Source: Planctomycetota bacterium
GTDB lineage: Bacteria > Planctomycetota > B15-G4
Direction of reading: 5' to 3'
DNA: 64,000 nt
Assembly (NCBI GenBank): GCA_965248575.1
Contig: CBDFJQ010000002.1
Location: 832,001-896,000, forward strand
Every line of letters starts with the position of its first letter. The stretch's first letter is position 1. The notes below the pieces were generated by a model. The model was not told where the DNA came from and did no database searches. It saw nothing but the letters and a program-made list of their open reading frames with translations. The position numbers and the translations under genes were made by a program. This document shows, in pieces, positions 49,375-60,092 of the stretch.

Positions 49375-49836
49375 ATGAAGACCTATCACGCGAAGGCCGG
49401 AGAAGTGCAGCAGAAGTGGCACCTCTTCGACGCCGATGACGTCGTCCTTGGACGTCTGGCGACCCGCATCGCCCTGATCCTTCAGGGCAAGCATCACGGC
49501 CGCTACACCCAGCACGTCGACACCGGCGACTTCGTCATCGTGACCAACGCGTCGAAGGTCGCGTTGAGCGGCAAGAAGCTCACCGACCGGATGCATCGCT
49601 GGCACACCGGCTACATCGGCGGACTCAAGGAGATGAGCGCGGGAGAGATGCTCGAGAAGCACCCCGAGCGCCTGATCCAGTTGGCCGTCCGCCGCATGAT
49701 GCCCAAGACGAAGCTCGGCAAGGCGATGTTCAAGAAGCTCAAGGTCTTTGCTGGCCCCGAGCATCCGCACGAGGCTCAACAGGCCGTGGTCGTCGACATG
49801 AGCGTCTTCAAGCACTCGGGCGAATCCAACGCCTGA
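49375..49836 (+). CDS. rplM: 50S ribosomal protein L13
   Basis: LGRLAT, DTGDFVIVTNA, HTGYIGGLK, HPHEAQ. Confidence 0.97.
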   Translation: MKTYHAKAGEVQQKWHLFDADDVVLGRLATRIALILQGKHHGRYTQHVDTGDFVIVTNASKVALSGKKLTDRMHRWHTGYIGGLKEMSAGEMLEKHPERLIQLAVRRMMPKTKLGKAMFKKLKVFAGPEHPHEAQQAVVVDMSVFKHSGESNA

Positions 49837-49937
49837 CCCCGCGACCGATCATCGACGCCGCGCCGCCCGCTGGGCGGAGCTGGCGCGCGCCACCACATTC
49901 GCAGCAACACTGAGCACAGGAAGAGAGAACGAACACG

Positions 49938-50378
49938 ATGACTGACGAGACCAACGCAACCACCGAAGGCAGCAAGTCAGTGCCTGCTGGAAGCGAGTTC
50001 GCCTGGGGTACTGGCCGGCGTAAGTCTTCCGTGGCGCGCGTTCGCATCCGTCCGGGCAACGGTCTCATCACCGTGAATGGTCGGACCTTCGACGACTACT
50101 TCCCCGTGCTTCAGCAGCGCGTGAACATCCTCGCGCCGCTCGCGGCCACCGGGGCAGAAGGACGCTTTGACGTCTTTGCCAACATCAAGGGTGGTGGCGG
50201 TACGGGCCAGGCAGGTGCACTGCGCCTGGGCGTGTCCCGTGCGCTCGTCAAGGCGGAGCCGGAGCTCTCCGAGTCGCTTCGCGAGGGCGGCTACCTCACA
50301 CGGGATGGTCGTATGGTCGAGCGCAAGAAGTACGGACAGCGCAAGGCTCGTCGTAAGTACCAGTTCAGCAAGCGCTGA
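49938..50378 (+). CDS. rpsI: 30S ribosomal protein S9
   Basis: GTGRRKSSVARV, GGGGTGQAGA, ERKKYG, QFSKR. Confidence 0.97.
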   Translation: MTDETNATTEGSKSVPAGSEFAWGTGRRKSSVARVRIRPGNGLITVNGRTFDDYFPVLQQRVNILAPLAATGAEGRFDVFANIKGGGGTGQAGALRLGVSRALVKAEPELSESLREGGYLTRDGRMVERKKYGQRKARRKYQFSKR

Positions 50379-50480
50379 TCCGCCTGGGGTGGGGTGGGCC
50401 CATACAGGGGCTCACCCAATGCTCACTGGCGTAACCCTTGGAACTTCTGGGAGGAACTGCGCACAGCGTGGTTCGAGACC

Positions 50481-51236
50481 ATGGCTGGTCATTCCAAGTT
50501 CAAGAACATCATGCACCGCAAGAAGGCGGTGGACGCCAAGCGCTCCAATGCCTTCAGCAAGCATGCTCGTTTGATCATGACCGCGGCCCGCACCGGCGGC
50601 TCGGACATGGGGATGAACCTGTCCCTGCGCTATGCGGTGGATCGTGCCCGGGCCGACAACATGCCCAAGGACGCCATCCAGCGAGCCGTGGACAAGGGTT
50701 CTGGCGACGGTGATGGCGTGCCCATGGAGTCCATCACCTACGAGGGCTATGGCCCCGGTGGTGTGGCCATCCTGGTGGAGACGCTGACTGACAACCGCAA
50801 CCGCACGGTGGGCGAGGTCCGCAACACTCTCGACCGCAACGGCGGGAACATGGGCGAGAGCGGCTCGGTGGCCTGGAACTTCGAGCGCAAGGCGGTGTTT
50901 TTCATCGAGGCCGAGGCGGACAAGGAGGAGGACATCCTCATGGTCGCCATGGAGGCCGAGGCGGACGACTGCAGTGCCACGGACGACGGCTTCGAGGTCA
51001 CGGCGGACCCCACCCTTTTCGGCGTGATCTCCGAGGCCCTGGAAGCAGCCGGCTTCAAGGCGGCCAAGAGCGAGATCGACTCCCTGCCCAAGACGACCGT
51101 GGTGCTCGAGAACCCCGATCACGTCCGGGCCCTGCTGCGAATCCTGGGCCTGCTCGACGATTTGGATGATGTGCAGACCACCTCCACCAACCTGGAGTGG
51201 ACGGCAGAAGCCCTCGAGGCGGCCGAGAACGCCTGA
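50481..51236 (+). CDS. yebC: YebC/PmpR family protein
   Basis: MAGHSKF, YEGYGPGGVA, TDNRNRT. Confidence 0.95.
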   Translation: MAGHSKFKNIMHRKKAVDAKRSNAFSKHARLIMTAARTGGSDMGMNLSLRYAVDRARADNMPKDAIQRAVDKGSGDGDGVPMESITYEGYGPGGVAILVETLTDNRNRTVGEVRNTLDRNGGNMGESGSVAWNFERKAVFFIEAEADKEEDILMVAMEAEADDCSATDDGFEVTADPTLFGVISEALEAAGFKAAKSEIDSLPKTTVVLENPDHVRALLRILGLLDDLDDVQTTSTNLEWTAEALEAAENA

Positions 51237-51385
51237 GGGGACCCCAGAGCCCCGCTCGCGGACGCTCAGGACCGGCGCTCTTGCCCCGCGGCGGAGCTTG
51301 AGACCGCTCCCTGGCTGTTCCATAGTGAAAAACGCGCTGCGAGTGAAGCTGCGCGCCCAGGCAGCCGAAAAGAGAAGGCCTCGAG

Positions 51386-51976
51386 GTGCCGGCGATGTGC
51401 CGTGCCTGCGATCAGCCCCAATGCCCAGACTCAGGATTGCGACGAATGGTCGACAGCGTGCGAACGGATCCCAACCGGCTTCTCGACTTCCTGACGGATG
51501 ACGAAACGAGTCTCCTCAGCCGCGCCTACTTCATGCTGCGCTTCGAGGAAGAGTTCAAGAAGTCCTGGCGCTACGGCTGGAGCTACTCGCTGTTGCTGAT
51601 CGCCGTGGACGGTCTCGATGAGCTTGCCGAGAAGGAAGGCGAGAACGCCATTCGGGGCGCCCGCTTGGACATCTGCGGACAGATTCTCTCAGCGAGCCGG
51701 GATACGGATCTGTCGGCGCGACTGGACGAGCGCTACTTCGCGGTCCTGCTGCCCGGAACCGGGCAGTCGGGCACGCGGGCCTTTGTGGAGCGTGTCGTTC
51801 AAGGTCTCGTCGAGGGAGCCTTCGGGCGCTACCAGGTGCGCGTCGGTGGCTGCGTCATGCCGTCCACCGCCGTGAAGTCAGCTGACGCCTTCATGGCTGC
51901 CGCGCGGGAAGCCGTGGACGAGGCCTGCGAGAAAGGCGACGGCCGCTTCGTCCTCGCAGCCCCGAGCGAAGACTAG
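51386..51976 (+). CDS. Stand-alone degenerate GGDEF domain protein
   Basis: DDETSLLSRAYF...SLLLIAVD...; active-site position reads RLDERYFAVLLP; start uncertain. Confidence 0.7.
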   Translation: MPAMCRACDQPQCPDSGLRRMVDSVRTDPNRLLDFLTDDETSLLSRAYFMLRFEEEFKKSWRYGWSYSLLLIAVDGLDELAEKEGENAIRGARLDICGQILSASRDTDLSARLDERYFAVLLPGTGQSGTRAFVERVVQGLVEGAFGRYQVRVGGCVMPSTAVKSADAFMAAAREAVDEACEKGDGRFVLAAPSED

Positions 51977-54597
51977 CCATCGCCCTGCAGGGCCGCCTGA
52001 GCCGCCGCAAGCCGAGCGATGGGCACCCTGAACGGTGAGCAACTGATGTAGTTCAGGCCCGTCTTGTGGAAAAACTGGATCGAGTCGGGGTCGCCTCCGT
52101 GCTCGCCGCAGATGCCGACCTTCAGGTCTGGCTTGGCTACACGGCCGTCCCGCGTGGCCATCTCCACCAGCCGCCCTACGCCACGGATATCGAGGCTAGC
52201 GAAGGGGTCGCGGCGGTAGATGCCCTTGTCGATGTAGTCCCGGATCAACGGGCCGGTGTCGTCTCGCGACAGGCCGAGGCCCATTTGCGTCAGATCGTTG
52301 GTACCGAAAGAGAAGAAGTCCGCGTAGGGAGCGATGTCTGAGGCCGTCAGCGCTGCCCGCGGCACTTCGATCATGGTGCCAATGGGTACACGCGACTCGA
52401 AGCCGGACAACTTCACCAGCTCAGGTTGAGCATCCAGGATCCGCTGGCGTAGGTTGCCCAGCTCGGAATGCGTGCCCACGAGGGGAACCATGATCTCGGG
52501 GCGCACGTCGATGCCCCGCTGTTTGCAGATGCCGGCGGCCTCGTAGATGGCACGCACCTGCATGTCGTAGATCTCCGGGTGTGTCAGGCCGAGCCGACAA
52601 CCGCGTAGGCCGAGCATCGGATTCATCTCGGACAGCTCAGCCACGCGCGCGAGGACGGACTCGATGTCCCAGCCCAGGGCCCGGGCGAGGTCCTCCTGGT
52701 GTTCTTTCTCGTGGGGAAGGAACTCGTGCAGCGGCGGGTCCAGCAGACGGACCGTCACGGGAAGGTCCCGCATGGCAGCGAAGATGCCCACGAAGTCGTC
52801 GCGCTGCAGCGGCAGCAACTCGTCCAAGGCTGCCTGCCGTTGGCGATTCGTGCTGGCGAGGATCATGCGCCGCACCGTGGCGATCCGGTCGTCGCCGAAG
52901 AACATGTGTTCGGTACGGCACAGACCGATGCCCTCGGCGCCGAATTCCCGGCCGCGCGCTGCATCGGCAGGGGTGTCGGCGTTCGTCCGGACGCGCAGGG
53001 TGCGAGCCTCGTCCGCCCAGCCCATCAGCTTGGAGAAGTCACCGGAGAGGGTCGGTTCGACCGTGGCCACCATGCCCAACATGGCTTCGCCGGTGGTTCC
53101 GTCCAGGCTGATCCAATCGCCCTCGGCGATGGTGCTGGCGCCCATGCATGCCGTCTTGTTCGCCAGGTCGATGACCAGATCGCCGCAGCCAGCCACGCAG
53201 CAGGTGCCCATGCCGCGAGCGACGACGGCAGCGTGCGAAGTCATGCCCCCTCGAGCCGTCAGGATGCCCTCGGCGACGTGCATGCCACCGATGTCCTCGG
53301 GCGAGGTCTCGTTGCGAACGAGGATCACCATCTGGCCCCGGTCATGCCACTCCTCTGCATCGGCAGCGTCGAAGACCACCTGGCCCGACGCCGCTCCGGG
53401 TGATGCGGGCAGGCCCCGCGCAGCGACGTTGCGGTCAGCCGCAGGGTCGAAGGTGGGGTGCAGGAGCTGATCCAGGGAGGCGGGGTCCACGCGGCAGATC
53501 GCCTCGCTGCGGGTGATGAGCCCAGAGGCTTCCATCTCCACGGCGATGCGGACGGCCGCCGTGGTGGTGCGCTTCCCGGTGCGGGTCTGGAGCATGTACA
53601 GCTGCTCATCCTGCACGGTGAATTCGATGTCCTGCATGTCCCGGAAATGCGTCTCAAGGCGCGCCTTGATGTCCAGGAGCTGGCCCAGCATGTCCGGCAG
53701 GATCGTGTCGATCTCGGCGATGGGGCGGGGGGTCCGGATCCCCGCGACCACGTCCTCGCCCTGGGCGTTCTGGAGGAACTCGCCGTAGAAGTCGTCTTCG
53801 CCCGTGGACGGGTTTCGTGTGAAACAGACGCCGGTGGCGGAGGAGTCCCCGAGATTGCCGAAGACCATCGCCTGGACGTTGACAGCCGTGCCGTTCAGGT
53901 CATGGATGTTGTTGAGCTGCCGATACTTCACCGCGCGCGGGATGTTCCATGAACTGAACACCGCATCGATGGCGAGGCGCAGCTGCTCTCGTGGATCGGA
54001 AGGGAAGGGCTCGCCCGTCTTCTCCCGCACCAGGTCCTTGTACCGACTCACGACCCGCTTCAGGGAAGCGACATCGAGCTGGTTGTCATCCCGCACGCCT
54101 TGCTCGACGCGGGCAGCGTCGAGCACCCGCTCGAAGTCCTCGTGAGGGACGCCGAGCACGACATCGCCAAGCATCTGGATCAACCGTCGGTAGCTGTCCC
54201 AGGCGAAGCGTTCATTGCCAGCCTCGGCAAGGCCAGCCAAGGTGTCTTCGTTCAAGCCCAGGTTGAGGACGGTATCCATCATGCCGGGCATGGACACCGC
54301 CGCGCCCGAGCGCACGGACACGAGCAGCGGATTGGCCGGGTCACCAAAGCCTCGCCCCGTCGCTTTCTCCACGGTTTCCATGCCGCGTTGAATCTGCGCT
54401 GCGAGCTCTTCGGGCCACTGCCCCTTGCTGGCGAGAATCTCTGCGCAGCAATCCGTGGAGATCGTGAAACCTGGCGGGACGGGGATGCCGAGCCGCGTCA
54501 TCTCCGCCAGGTTGGCGCCCTTTCCACCGAGCAGTTCCTTCCAGCTGCCCATCCCGTCGGCCTTCCCTTGGCCAAAACCGTACGTCCACTGGGTCAT
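51973..54597 (-). CDS. ppdK: Pyruvate, phosphate dikinase
   Basis: LLGGKGANLAEM, SVRSGA, GGMTSHAAVVARG, FSFGTNDLTQ, GICGEHGGDP. Confidence 0.97.
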   Translation of the reverse strand: MTQWTYGFGQGKADGMGSWKELLGGKGANLAEMTRLGIPVPPGFTISTDCCAEILASKGQWPEELAAQIQRGMETVEKATGRGFGDPANPLLVSVRSGAAVSMPGMMDTVLNLGLNEDTLAGLAEAGNERFAWDSYRRLIQMLGDVVLGVPHEDFERVLDAARVEQGVRDDNQLDVASLKRVVSRYKDLVREKTGEPFPSDPREQLRLAIDAVFSSWNIPRAVKYRQLNNIHDLNGTAVNVQAMVFGNLGDSSATGVCFTRNPSTGEDDFYGEFLQNAQGEDVVAGIRTPRPIAEIDTILPDMLGQLLDIKARLETHFRDMQDIEFTVQDEQLYMLQTRTGKRTTTAAVRIAVEMEASGLITRSEAICRVDPASLDQLLHPTFDPAADRNVAARGLPASPGAASGQVVFDAADAEEWHDRGQMVILVRNETSPEDIGGMHVAEGILTARGGMTSHAAVVARGMGTCCVAGCGDLVIDLANKTACMGASTIAEGDWISLDGTTGEAMLGMVATVEPTLSGDFSKLMGWADEARTLRVRTNADTPADAARGREFGAEGIGLCRTEHMFFGDDRIATVRRMILASTNRQRQAALDELLPLQRDDFVGIFAAMRDLPVTVRLLDPPLHEFLPHEKEHQEDLARALGWDIESVLARVAELSEMNPMLGLRGCRLGLTHPEIYDMQVRAIYEAAGICKQRGIDVRPEIMVPLVGTHSELGNLRQRILDAQPELVKLSGFESRVPIGTMIEVPRAALTASDIAPYADFFSFGTNDLTQMGLGLSRDDTGPLIRDYIDKGIYRRDPFASLDIRGVGRLVEMATRDGRVAKPDLKVGICGEHGGDPDSIQFFHKTGLNYISCSPFRVPIARLAAAQAALQGDG

Positions 54598-55220
54598 TCG
54601 ATCACCTGAGATGGCGCTGAGAGGCCGTCGATGGAAGAGATCTTCCACTGCTGTTCAAAGCTCAAGGACTGGAGCGCCGCGGCCTGTTCATCCGTCAGCA
54701 GCGGCCGCGGAATGTTGAGCCACTGAGCCCTTCGGTCCCGCGACAGGTAGCTGGCGATCTCTCGCTCCAGTCGAGCCGGCAACTCCGTGCCGTCCGCCAA
54801 GCGAACGGTGGCGAGCGTTTCGACGACGAACTCGATGGCGAAGCGTTGGCCGGACTCCTCGAAGACCAAGCGGTGCCCGAGGCCTCCCTGCAGGCTGAGC
54901 TCCTCCACAGCACGGCTCGGAAGGTCCACGCGCTGGATCAGAAAGGCCATCAAGGGCTCTGAGGCGAAGAGCTCCTGCCGCGCCGCAAAATAGGTTTCAA
55001 AGCCGCCCATGGACTGTTGAAGGCCCCTCGAAAGGCAGCGGTACTCGCCTTCGGGCTCGTCATGACAGAGTTGGGACTGCCAACTGCCGAGGGTCTCGGC
55101 AGGCGTCGTATAGGACGTCTTCAGGGGCGGGCAGCAGGCTGCCATGAACAGGCAGACTGACGCACAGAGCGCCCAGCGCTGGAAGGTAGTCGAAAATCGG
55201 AGCGGCACGATGGGGGACAC
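54594..55220 (-). CDS. Hypothetical lipoprotein
   Basis: Hydrophobic stretch ending MAAC; stop overlaps the ppdK start. Confidence 0.5.
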   Translation of the reverse strand: MSPIVPLRFSTTFQRWALCASVCLFMAACCPPLKTSYTTPAETLGSWQSQLCHDEPEGEYRCLSRGLQQSMGGFETYFAARQELFASEPLMAFLIQRVDLPSRAVEELSLQGGLGHRLVFEESGQRFAIEFVVETLATVRLADGTELPARLEREIASYLSRDRRAQWLNIPRPLLTDEQAAALQSLSFEQQWKISSIDGLSAPSQVIE

Positions 55221-55462
55221 AGCGTTGAGAGTGAAGGGCCCGGCCGAGCGCAGCCCAAACCCGGCCCCACGGGGTGGCTCGACGCGGCTGAAAGGTACCC
55301 GCTCCCGAGAAGTGTGTCACCGGTGGATGTTTCTGACGTCTCTTTGAGGGATCGACTTGAGGGATCGATCCGTTCGCTCGGCGGCCATCGGTTGATTCGT
55401 CGCGGGCCTGCGCTGAGAATGCCTCCCCGCTCCAGTCCCTCTGCAGGAAGCAGACCTGATCG

Positions 55463-57130
55463 ATGGCTGACCGTCTCGGTGACATGCTTCTGGCTCAGGG
55501 CGTCGTGGACGCACAGGGATTGTCGAAGGCCCTTTCACTACAGAAGACCAGCAGGGTTCCTCTCGGACAGGCGCTGGTCTCCCTGGGCCTCGCCAGCGAG
55601 GACCGCATCTGGCGTGCCCTGGCGCAGCAGCAGAAGCTCCCCTTCGTCGACCTGGAAGGGGACGTGAAGCGGGGTGGTCGCATCCCCGACCCCATCACCC
55701 AGGCCGTGCCCGTGGCCGTTGTCGAGGAGCACCGGGTCGTCCCGGTTTCCTTGAAAGATGGGCGCCTGGTGCTTGCCCTGGACGATCCCCTGGCCACCTA
55801 TTCGCTCGACACACTGCAGTTCGTGCTGGACCGGGACGTGGCGGCAGCCCTGACCACGCCCCGCGGCCTCCGTCAGGCCATGCAACATTACTACGGGCTC
55901 CAGGCTGAGCGCACTCCGGCCGGCGAGTTGTTCGCCGAAGACGCAGAGGGGGGCGAGGGAGACGAGGCTCCCATCATCCGGATGGTGCGTCGCATGTTGG
56001 ACTCCGCCGTCTCTGCGGGCGCCTCCGACATCCATGTGGAGCCGCTCGAGGGGCGCATCCGTGTTCGCTTCCGCAAGGACGGCGTCCTGATGGAGGCAGC
56101 AAGTCACGAGCGCCAGCTCCTGGGGCCGCTCATGTCGCGCCTCAAGATCATGGCTGGCATGGACATTGCGGAGCGCCGCAAACCGCAGGACGGGCGCATC
56201 CATGTGACAGTGGAAGGCCGCCGCATCGACATCCGGGCCTCGGTCCTGCCCGGCAATCATGGTGAGGCGATGGTGATGCGCCTGCTCGACAAGGAGCGGG
56301 GCCTGGTCTCTCTTCCTGAGCTGGGCTTCGGCCCGGAAGACCTGGCGCGCTTCCGCCAGGTCCTCGAACGGCCCAACGGCATCGTGCTCGTGACGGGCCC
56401 CACGGGCTCCGGCAAGACCACCACACTCTATGCAGCCTTGAAGGAACTCAACCGCGCCGACGTCAAGATCATCACGGCGGAAGACCCGGTGGAGTATGAA
56501 ATCGCGGGCATCAACCAGGTCCAGGTGCATCCGCGCATCGGCCTGACCTTTGCGCGCATCTTGCGCTCCATGCTGCGGCAGGCACCGAACATCATCCTCG
56601 TGGGGGAGATCCGGGATGCGGAGACGGCCGAGGTCGCCATCCAAGCGGCGCTGACAGGGCACCTGGTGTTCGCCACCTTGCACACGAATGACGCTCCGTC
56701 CGCCCTGGCTCGTCTGGTGGACATGGGAGTGAAGCCCTTTCTCGTGTCGGCCTCTCTTCAGGCGGTGGTGGCGCAACGCCTGATCCGCCGGCTGTGCACG
56801 TCGTGCCGTGCGGAATCGGTGCCCGAGCCGAGCGAGCTTCGCGCCTTGGGGCTCGCGCCGGAGCGCCTGTCGGGCAGGACCCTGTACCGGGCCGTAGGCT
56901 GTGGCGAGTGCCAGTTCACAGGCTATGCCGGGCGCGTCGCGGCCTTTGAGCTGTTGGTCATGGATGGCGCCCTACGGGACATGGCGTTTCGCAACGAGCC
57001 CACGCCTCGCGTGCGCGCCGCGGCCGAGGCGAGCCGTCGTCTGGTACCGCTGCGCGAGGACGGGCTCTCCAAGGTCCTCAGTGGCTTGACGTCGATCTCG
57101 GAAGTCCTCCGGGTGAGCCACGAACAATGA
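55463..57130 (+). CDS. GspE/PilB family ATPase (1)
   Basis: RLGDMLL N-terminus, ASDIHVEP, GPTGSGKTTT, tetracysteine motif. Confidence 0.93.
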   Translation: MADRLGDMLLAQGVVDAQGLSKALSLQKTSRVPLGQALVSLGLASEDRIWRALAQQQKLPFVDLEGDVKRGGRIPDPITQAVPVAVVEEHRVVPVSLKDGRLVLALDDPLATYSLDTLQFVLDRDVAAALTTPRGLRQAMQHYYGLQAERTPAGELFAEDAEGGEGDEAPIIRMVRRMLDSAVSAGASDIHVEPLEGRIRVRFRKDGVLMEAASHERQLLGPLMSRLKIMAGMDIAERRKPQDGRIHVTVEGRRIDIRASVLPGNHGEAMVMRLLDKERGLVSLPELGFGPEDLARFRQVLERPNGIVLVTGPTGSGKTTTLYAALKELNRADVKIITAEDPVEYEIAGINQVQVHPRIGLTFARILRSMLRQAPNIILVGEIRDAETAEVAIQAALTGHLVFATLHTNDAPSALARLVDMGVKPFLVSASLQAVVAQRLIRRLCTSCRAESVPEPSELRALGLAPERLSGRTLYRAVGCGECQFTGYAGRVAAFELLVMDGALRDMAFRNEPTPRVRAAAEASRRLVPLREDGLSKVLSGLTSISEVLRVSHEQ

Positions 57131-58848
57131 CTGCGCCCCCTGACACGCACGGCTCCGGCGCTTCGCGACGGCTGCTGGGACAGATCCTCGTGGGCCGCGG
57201 CTCTTGCAGTGAGGCCCAGATCGAGCAGGCATTGGCCGAGCAGGTGCGCTCCGGGGGCCATCTCGGTGATCTCCTGATGGCGATGGGGGCCGTGGATCGA
57301 AAAGAACTCACGCGGGCCCTGGGGATACAAGTCGGGCTCGAACCGATGGATCTCGATGCGGTTGGAATCGCTCCCGAGGTGGTGCCGCTCGTGGACGCGG
57401 CAACCTGTGCGCTCTACCGCGCGGTCCCGGTGCGTCTGCTCGACACAGGAACATTGGTGGTCGCCCTCGCGGACCCCCTCAACGTCAGCATCCTTCAGGA
57501 TCTCTCCTTCCTGGTTGGCCGCGAAGTGCAAGCGGTCATCGCAGACGAGGAGGCGGTCGACCGCGCCCTGGAGGCGTGCTGGCAGATCGCACCCTCCGTG
57601 GATTTCGCGAAGGTCATCGACGAAGCGCGTATCATCTCCGGGTCGTTGGACCTTGAAGACCAAACGGCGATGGCTCAAGCCGCACCGGTCGTGAAGTTGT
57701 TGAACTACATCCTCCTTCAGGCCATTCGCGACAAGGCCAGCGACATCCATCTGGAGCCGTTCGAGCACGAGTTCAAGGTTCGCTATCGGGTGGATGGTGT
57801 GCTCTTTGAAGTGGAAGCTCCGCCACTCTCCTTGGCCTCGGCGCTCACGTCGCGAGTGAAGGTCATGTCACACCTCGACATCGCCGAGACGCGCATCCCC
57901 CAAGACGGGCGCATCGAACTCTCGCTCGGCGGTCGCCCGATCGACCTGCGCGTCTCGACCATGCCGACGGTCCACGGGGAGTCCTGCGTGCTGAGAGTCC
58001 TGGATCGAAGCGTCGTCTCCCTCGATCTCGGCTTGGTCGGTCTCAAGGAGGATGAGCAGGCGCTGGTGCACGCGCTGTTGGATCGGCCGCACGGCATCTT
58101 GCTCGTGACAGGGCCGACGGGCTCAGGGAAGACCACGACGCTCTACTCGGCGCTGAATCGACTCAACTCCGTAGAGCGCAAGATCATCACGGTCGAGGAC
58201 CCCATCGAGTACGACCTCGACGGCGTGGTGCAGGTCCAGGTGAACGACGAGATCGACGTCTCCTATGCGAGCGTGCTGCGCTCCATCCTGCGTCAGGACC
58301 CGGACATCCTCCTGGTGGGTGAGATTCGCGACACTGAAACAGCCCAGATTGCCGTGGAGGCCGCTCTCACGGGGCACCTGATCCTGTCGACCTTGCACAC
58401 CAATGATGCGCCCTCGACCATCACCCGACTCGTGGACGTGGGCGTGCCGCCCTACCTCATCGTCGCGACCCTCGAGGCGGTGATCGCGCAACGGCTTGTT
58501 CGCGCCATCTGCCCCGATTGCCGTGAGGAGTATGAACCGGACAACGAGACGCTGAGTGAGTTGGGGTTGCAGCGCGCAGAGCTCCGCGGCCAGCCGTTCG
58601 CCCGAGGAAGAGGTTGTGAAGCCTGCAACTACTCAGGTCATCGTGGGCGGCGCGGCCTCTTCGAGATCATGGTCATGAGTGAAAGCCTGAGGCAGCTGGT
58701 TCTCGATGAAGCCCCCACGAGCCAGCTTCGTGAGGTTGCGGTTCGAGAGGGCATGCGCCCGTTGCGCACTTCGGGCAGCATGGCGGTCATGGCGGGACTG
58801 ACCACCGTGGAGGAAGTGTTGAAGGAGACGCTCTCAGATGCCAGCTGA
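57127..58848 (+). CDS. GspE/PilB family ATPase (2)
   Basis: LLGQILV/HLGDLL N-terminus, ASDIHLEP, GPTGSGKTTT, CPDC...CEAC. Confidence 0.93.
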   Translation: MTAPPDTHGSGASRRLLGQILVGRGSCSEAQIEQALAEQVRSGGHLGDLLMAMGAVDRKELTRALGIQVGLEPMDLDAVGIAPEVVPLVDAATCALYRAVPVRLLDTGTLVVALADPLNVSILQDLSFLVGREVQAVIADEEAVDRALEACWQIAPSVDFAKVIDEARIISGSLDLEDQTAMAQAAPVVKLLNYILLQAIRDKASDIHLEPFEHEFKVRYRVDGVLFEVEAPPLSLASALTSRVKVMSHLDIAETRIPQDGRIELSLGGRPIDLRVSTMPTVHGESCVLRVLDRSVVSLDLGLVGLKEDEQALVHALLDRPHGILLVTGPTGSGKTTTLYSALNRLNSVERKIITVEDPIEYDLDGVVQVQVNDEIDVSYASVLRSILRQDPDILLVGEIRDTETAQIAVEAALTGHLILSTLHTNDAPSTITRLVDVGVPPYLIVATLEAVIAQRLVRAICPDCREEYEPDNETLSELGLQRAELRGQPFARGRGCEACNYSGHRGRRGLFEIMVMSESLRQLVLDEAPTSQLREVAVREGMRPLRTSGSMAVMAGLTTVEEVLKETLSDAS

Positions 58849-60067
58849 CCGACCTTCCGCGCGCAAACCCAGCGCTCGGCGGCCGGCCGCAGCGCGACCA
58901 CGTACTGCGCCGCCCTCCCGGGAGGGTGCGCTGACCGGGCCCTCGGGCGGCGCTGGCCGCCGGGGGAGCGCTGCGCGGCCTGCCGATGTGCAAGCGCGTC
59001 GTCGCTGGGCCTGGTGGGGGCGTGTCCCCGCGAAGGAGTTGGCGCAATTCTCTGGGCGCCTTGAGACCCTCGTCAACGCTGGGCTTCCGGTCCTGCGCTC
59101 GCTGAGAATCCTCGAAGGGCAACAGAAGCCCGGCCCGTTGCAGGACGTGATTGAAATCGTGGCCGACGATGTCGAGGGCGGCGCGCCCCTCTCCGAAGCA
59201 CTCAGCAAGCATCCACATGTCTTCGATCGCCTCTACGTGAACATGGTGCGAGCGGGGGAGGCTGGCGGCATCCTGGGCACCATTCTCGCGCGCCTGGCGG
59301 CGTTCGCCAGGAAGACGGAAGCCATCAAGGGGCAGATCAAGGGCGCACTGACCTACCCCGTGTTGGTGATCTTCTTCGCGGGCGGCGTCTTGATGGTCGC
59401 CATGTTCGTCGTCGTGCCCCAGTTCGAGCAGATGTTCCAGAGCTTCGATGTGGAGATGCCGGCGCTGACACAGGCTCTGCTCTCCATCTCGCGCGGCCTC
59501 TCCGACTCCTGGTGGGTGCTGCTGGCAGCGCCCGCCCTGCTCTGGGCGACCCTTGTCTTGCTGCTGCGAAGTGAAGCCATGGCCTATCGCTTTGACGGCT
59601 TGAAGCTTCGACTGCCCTTCTTCGGCGACGTCGTGAAGAAGACGCTCGTCGCGCGCATCACCCGCACGCTAGGGACCTTGCTCTCCAGCGGTGTCCCGAT
59701 CCTGGAAGCCCTGGACATCGTACGCGCCTCGCTGGCAAACCGCGTCGTTGAGCAAGCGGTGGCTGACGTACGCGATGCGATCAGGAATGGGGAGACCATG
59801 GCTTCGCCACTGGCGCAGAGTGGTGTGTTCGACGACATGGTCGTCAACATGATCGACGTGGGTGAGGAAACAGGCCAGCTCGACACCATGCTCGTGCGTA
59901 TCGCCGAGGACAGCGAAGCGGAGCTGGACACCTCCATCACCGTCTTGTTCAAGGCGCTTGAGCCTGTGATGCTGCTCTTGGTTGCCCTGGTCGTGGGCAC
60001 CATCGCCTTCGCCCTCTTCAGCCCCATGATCCGCCTCATGGAGTCCATGGCGGGGGCGAGCCTCTGA
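58838..60067 (+). CDS. pilC: GspF/PilC family inner-membrane platform protein
   Basis: YVNMVRAGEAGG, ALTYP, VGEETGQLD, LEP. Confidence 0.9.
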   Translation: MPADRPSARKPSARRPAAARPRTAPPSREGALTGPSGGAGRRGSAARPADVQARRRWAWWGRVPAKELAQFSGRLETLVNAGLPVLRSLRILEGQQKPGPLQDVIEIVADDVEGGAPLSEALSKHPHVFDRLYVNMVRAGEAGGILGTILARLAAFARKTEAIKGQIKGALTYPVLVIFFAGGVLMVAMFVVVPQFEQMFQSFDVEMPALTQALLSISRGLSDSWWVLLAAPALLWATLVLLLRSEAMAYRFDGLKLRLPFFGDVVKKTLVARITRTLGTLLSSGVPILEALDIVRASLANRVVEQAVADVRDAIRNGETMASPLAQSGVFDDMVVNMIDVGEETGQLDTMLVRIAEDSEAELDTSITVLFKALEPVMLLLVALVVGTIAFALFSPMIRLMESMAGASL

Positions 60068-60092
60068 AGCATCCCCTGCGCAGGACCAGCCC

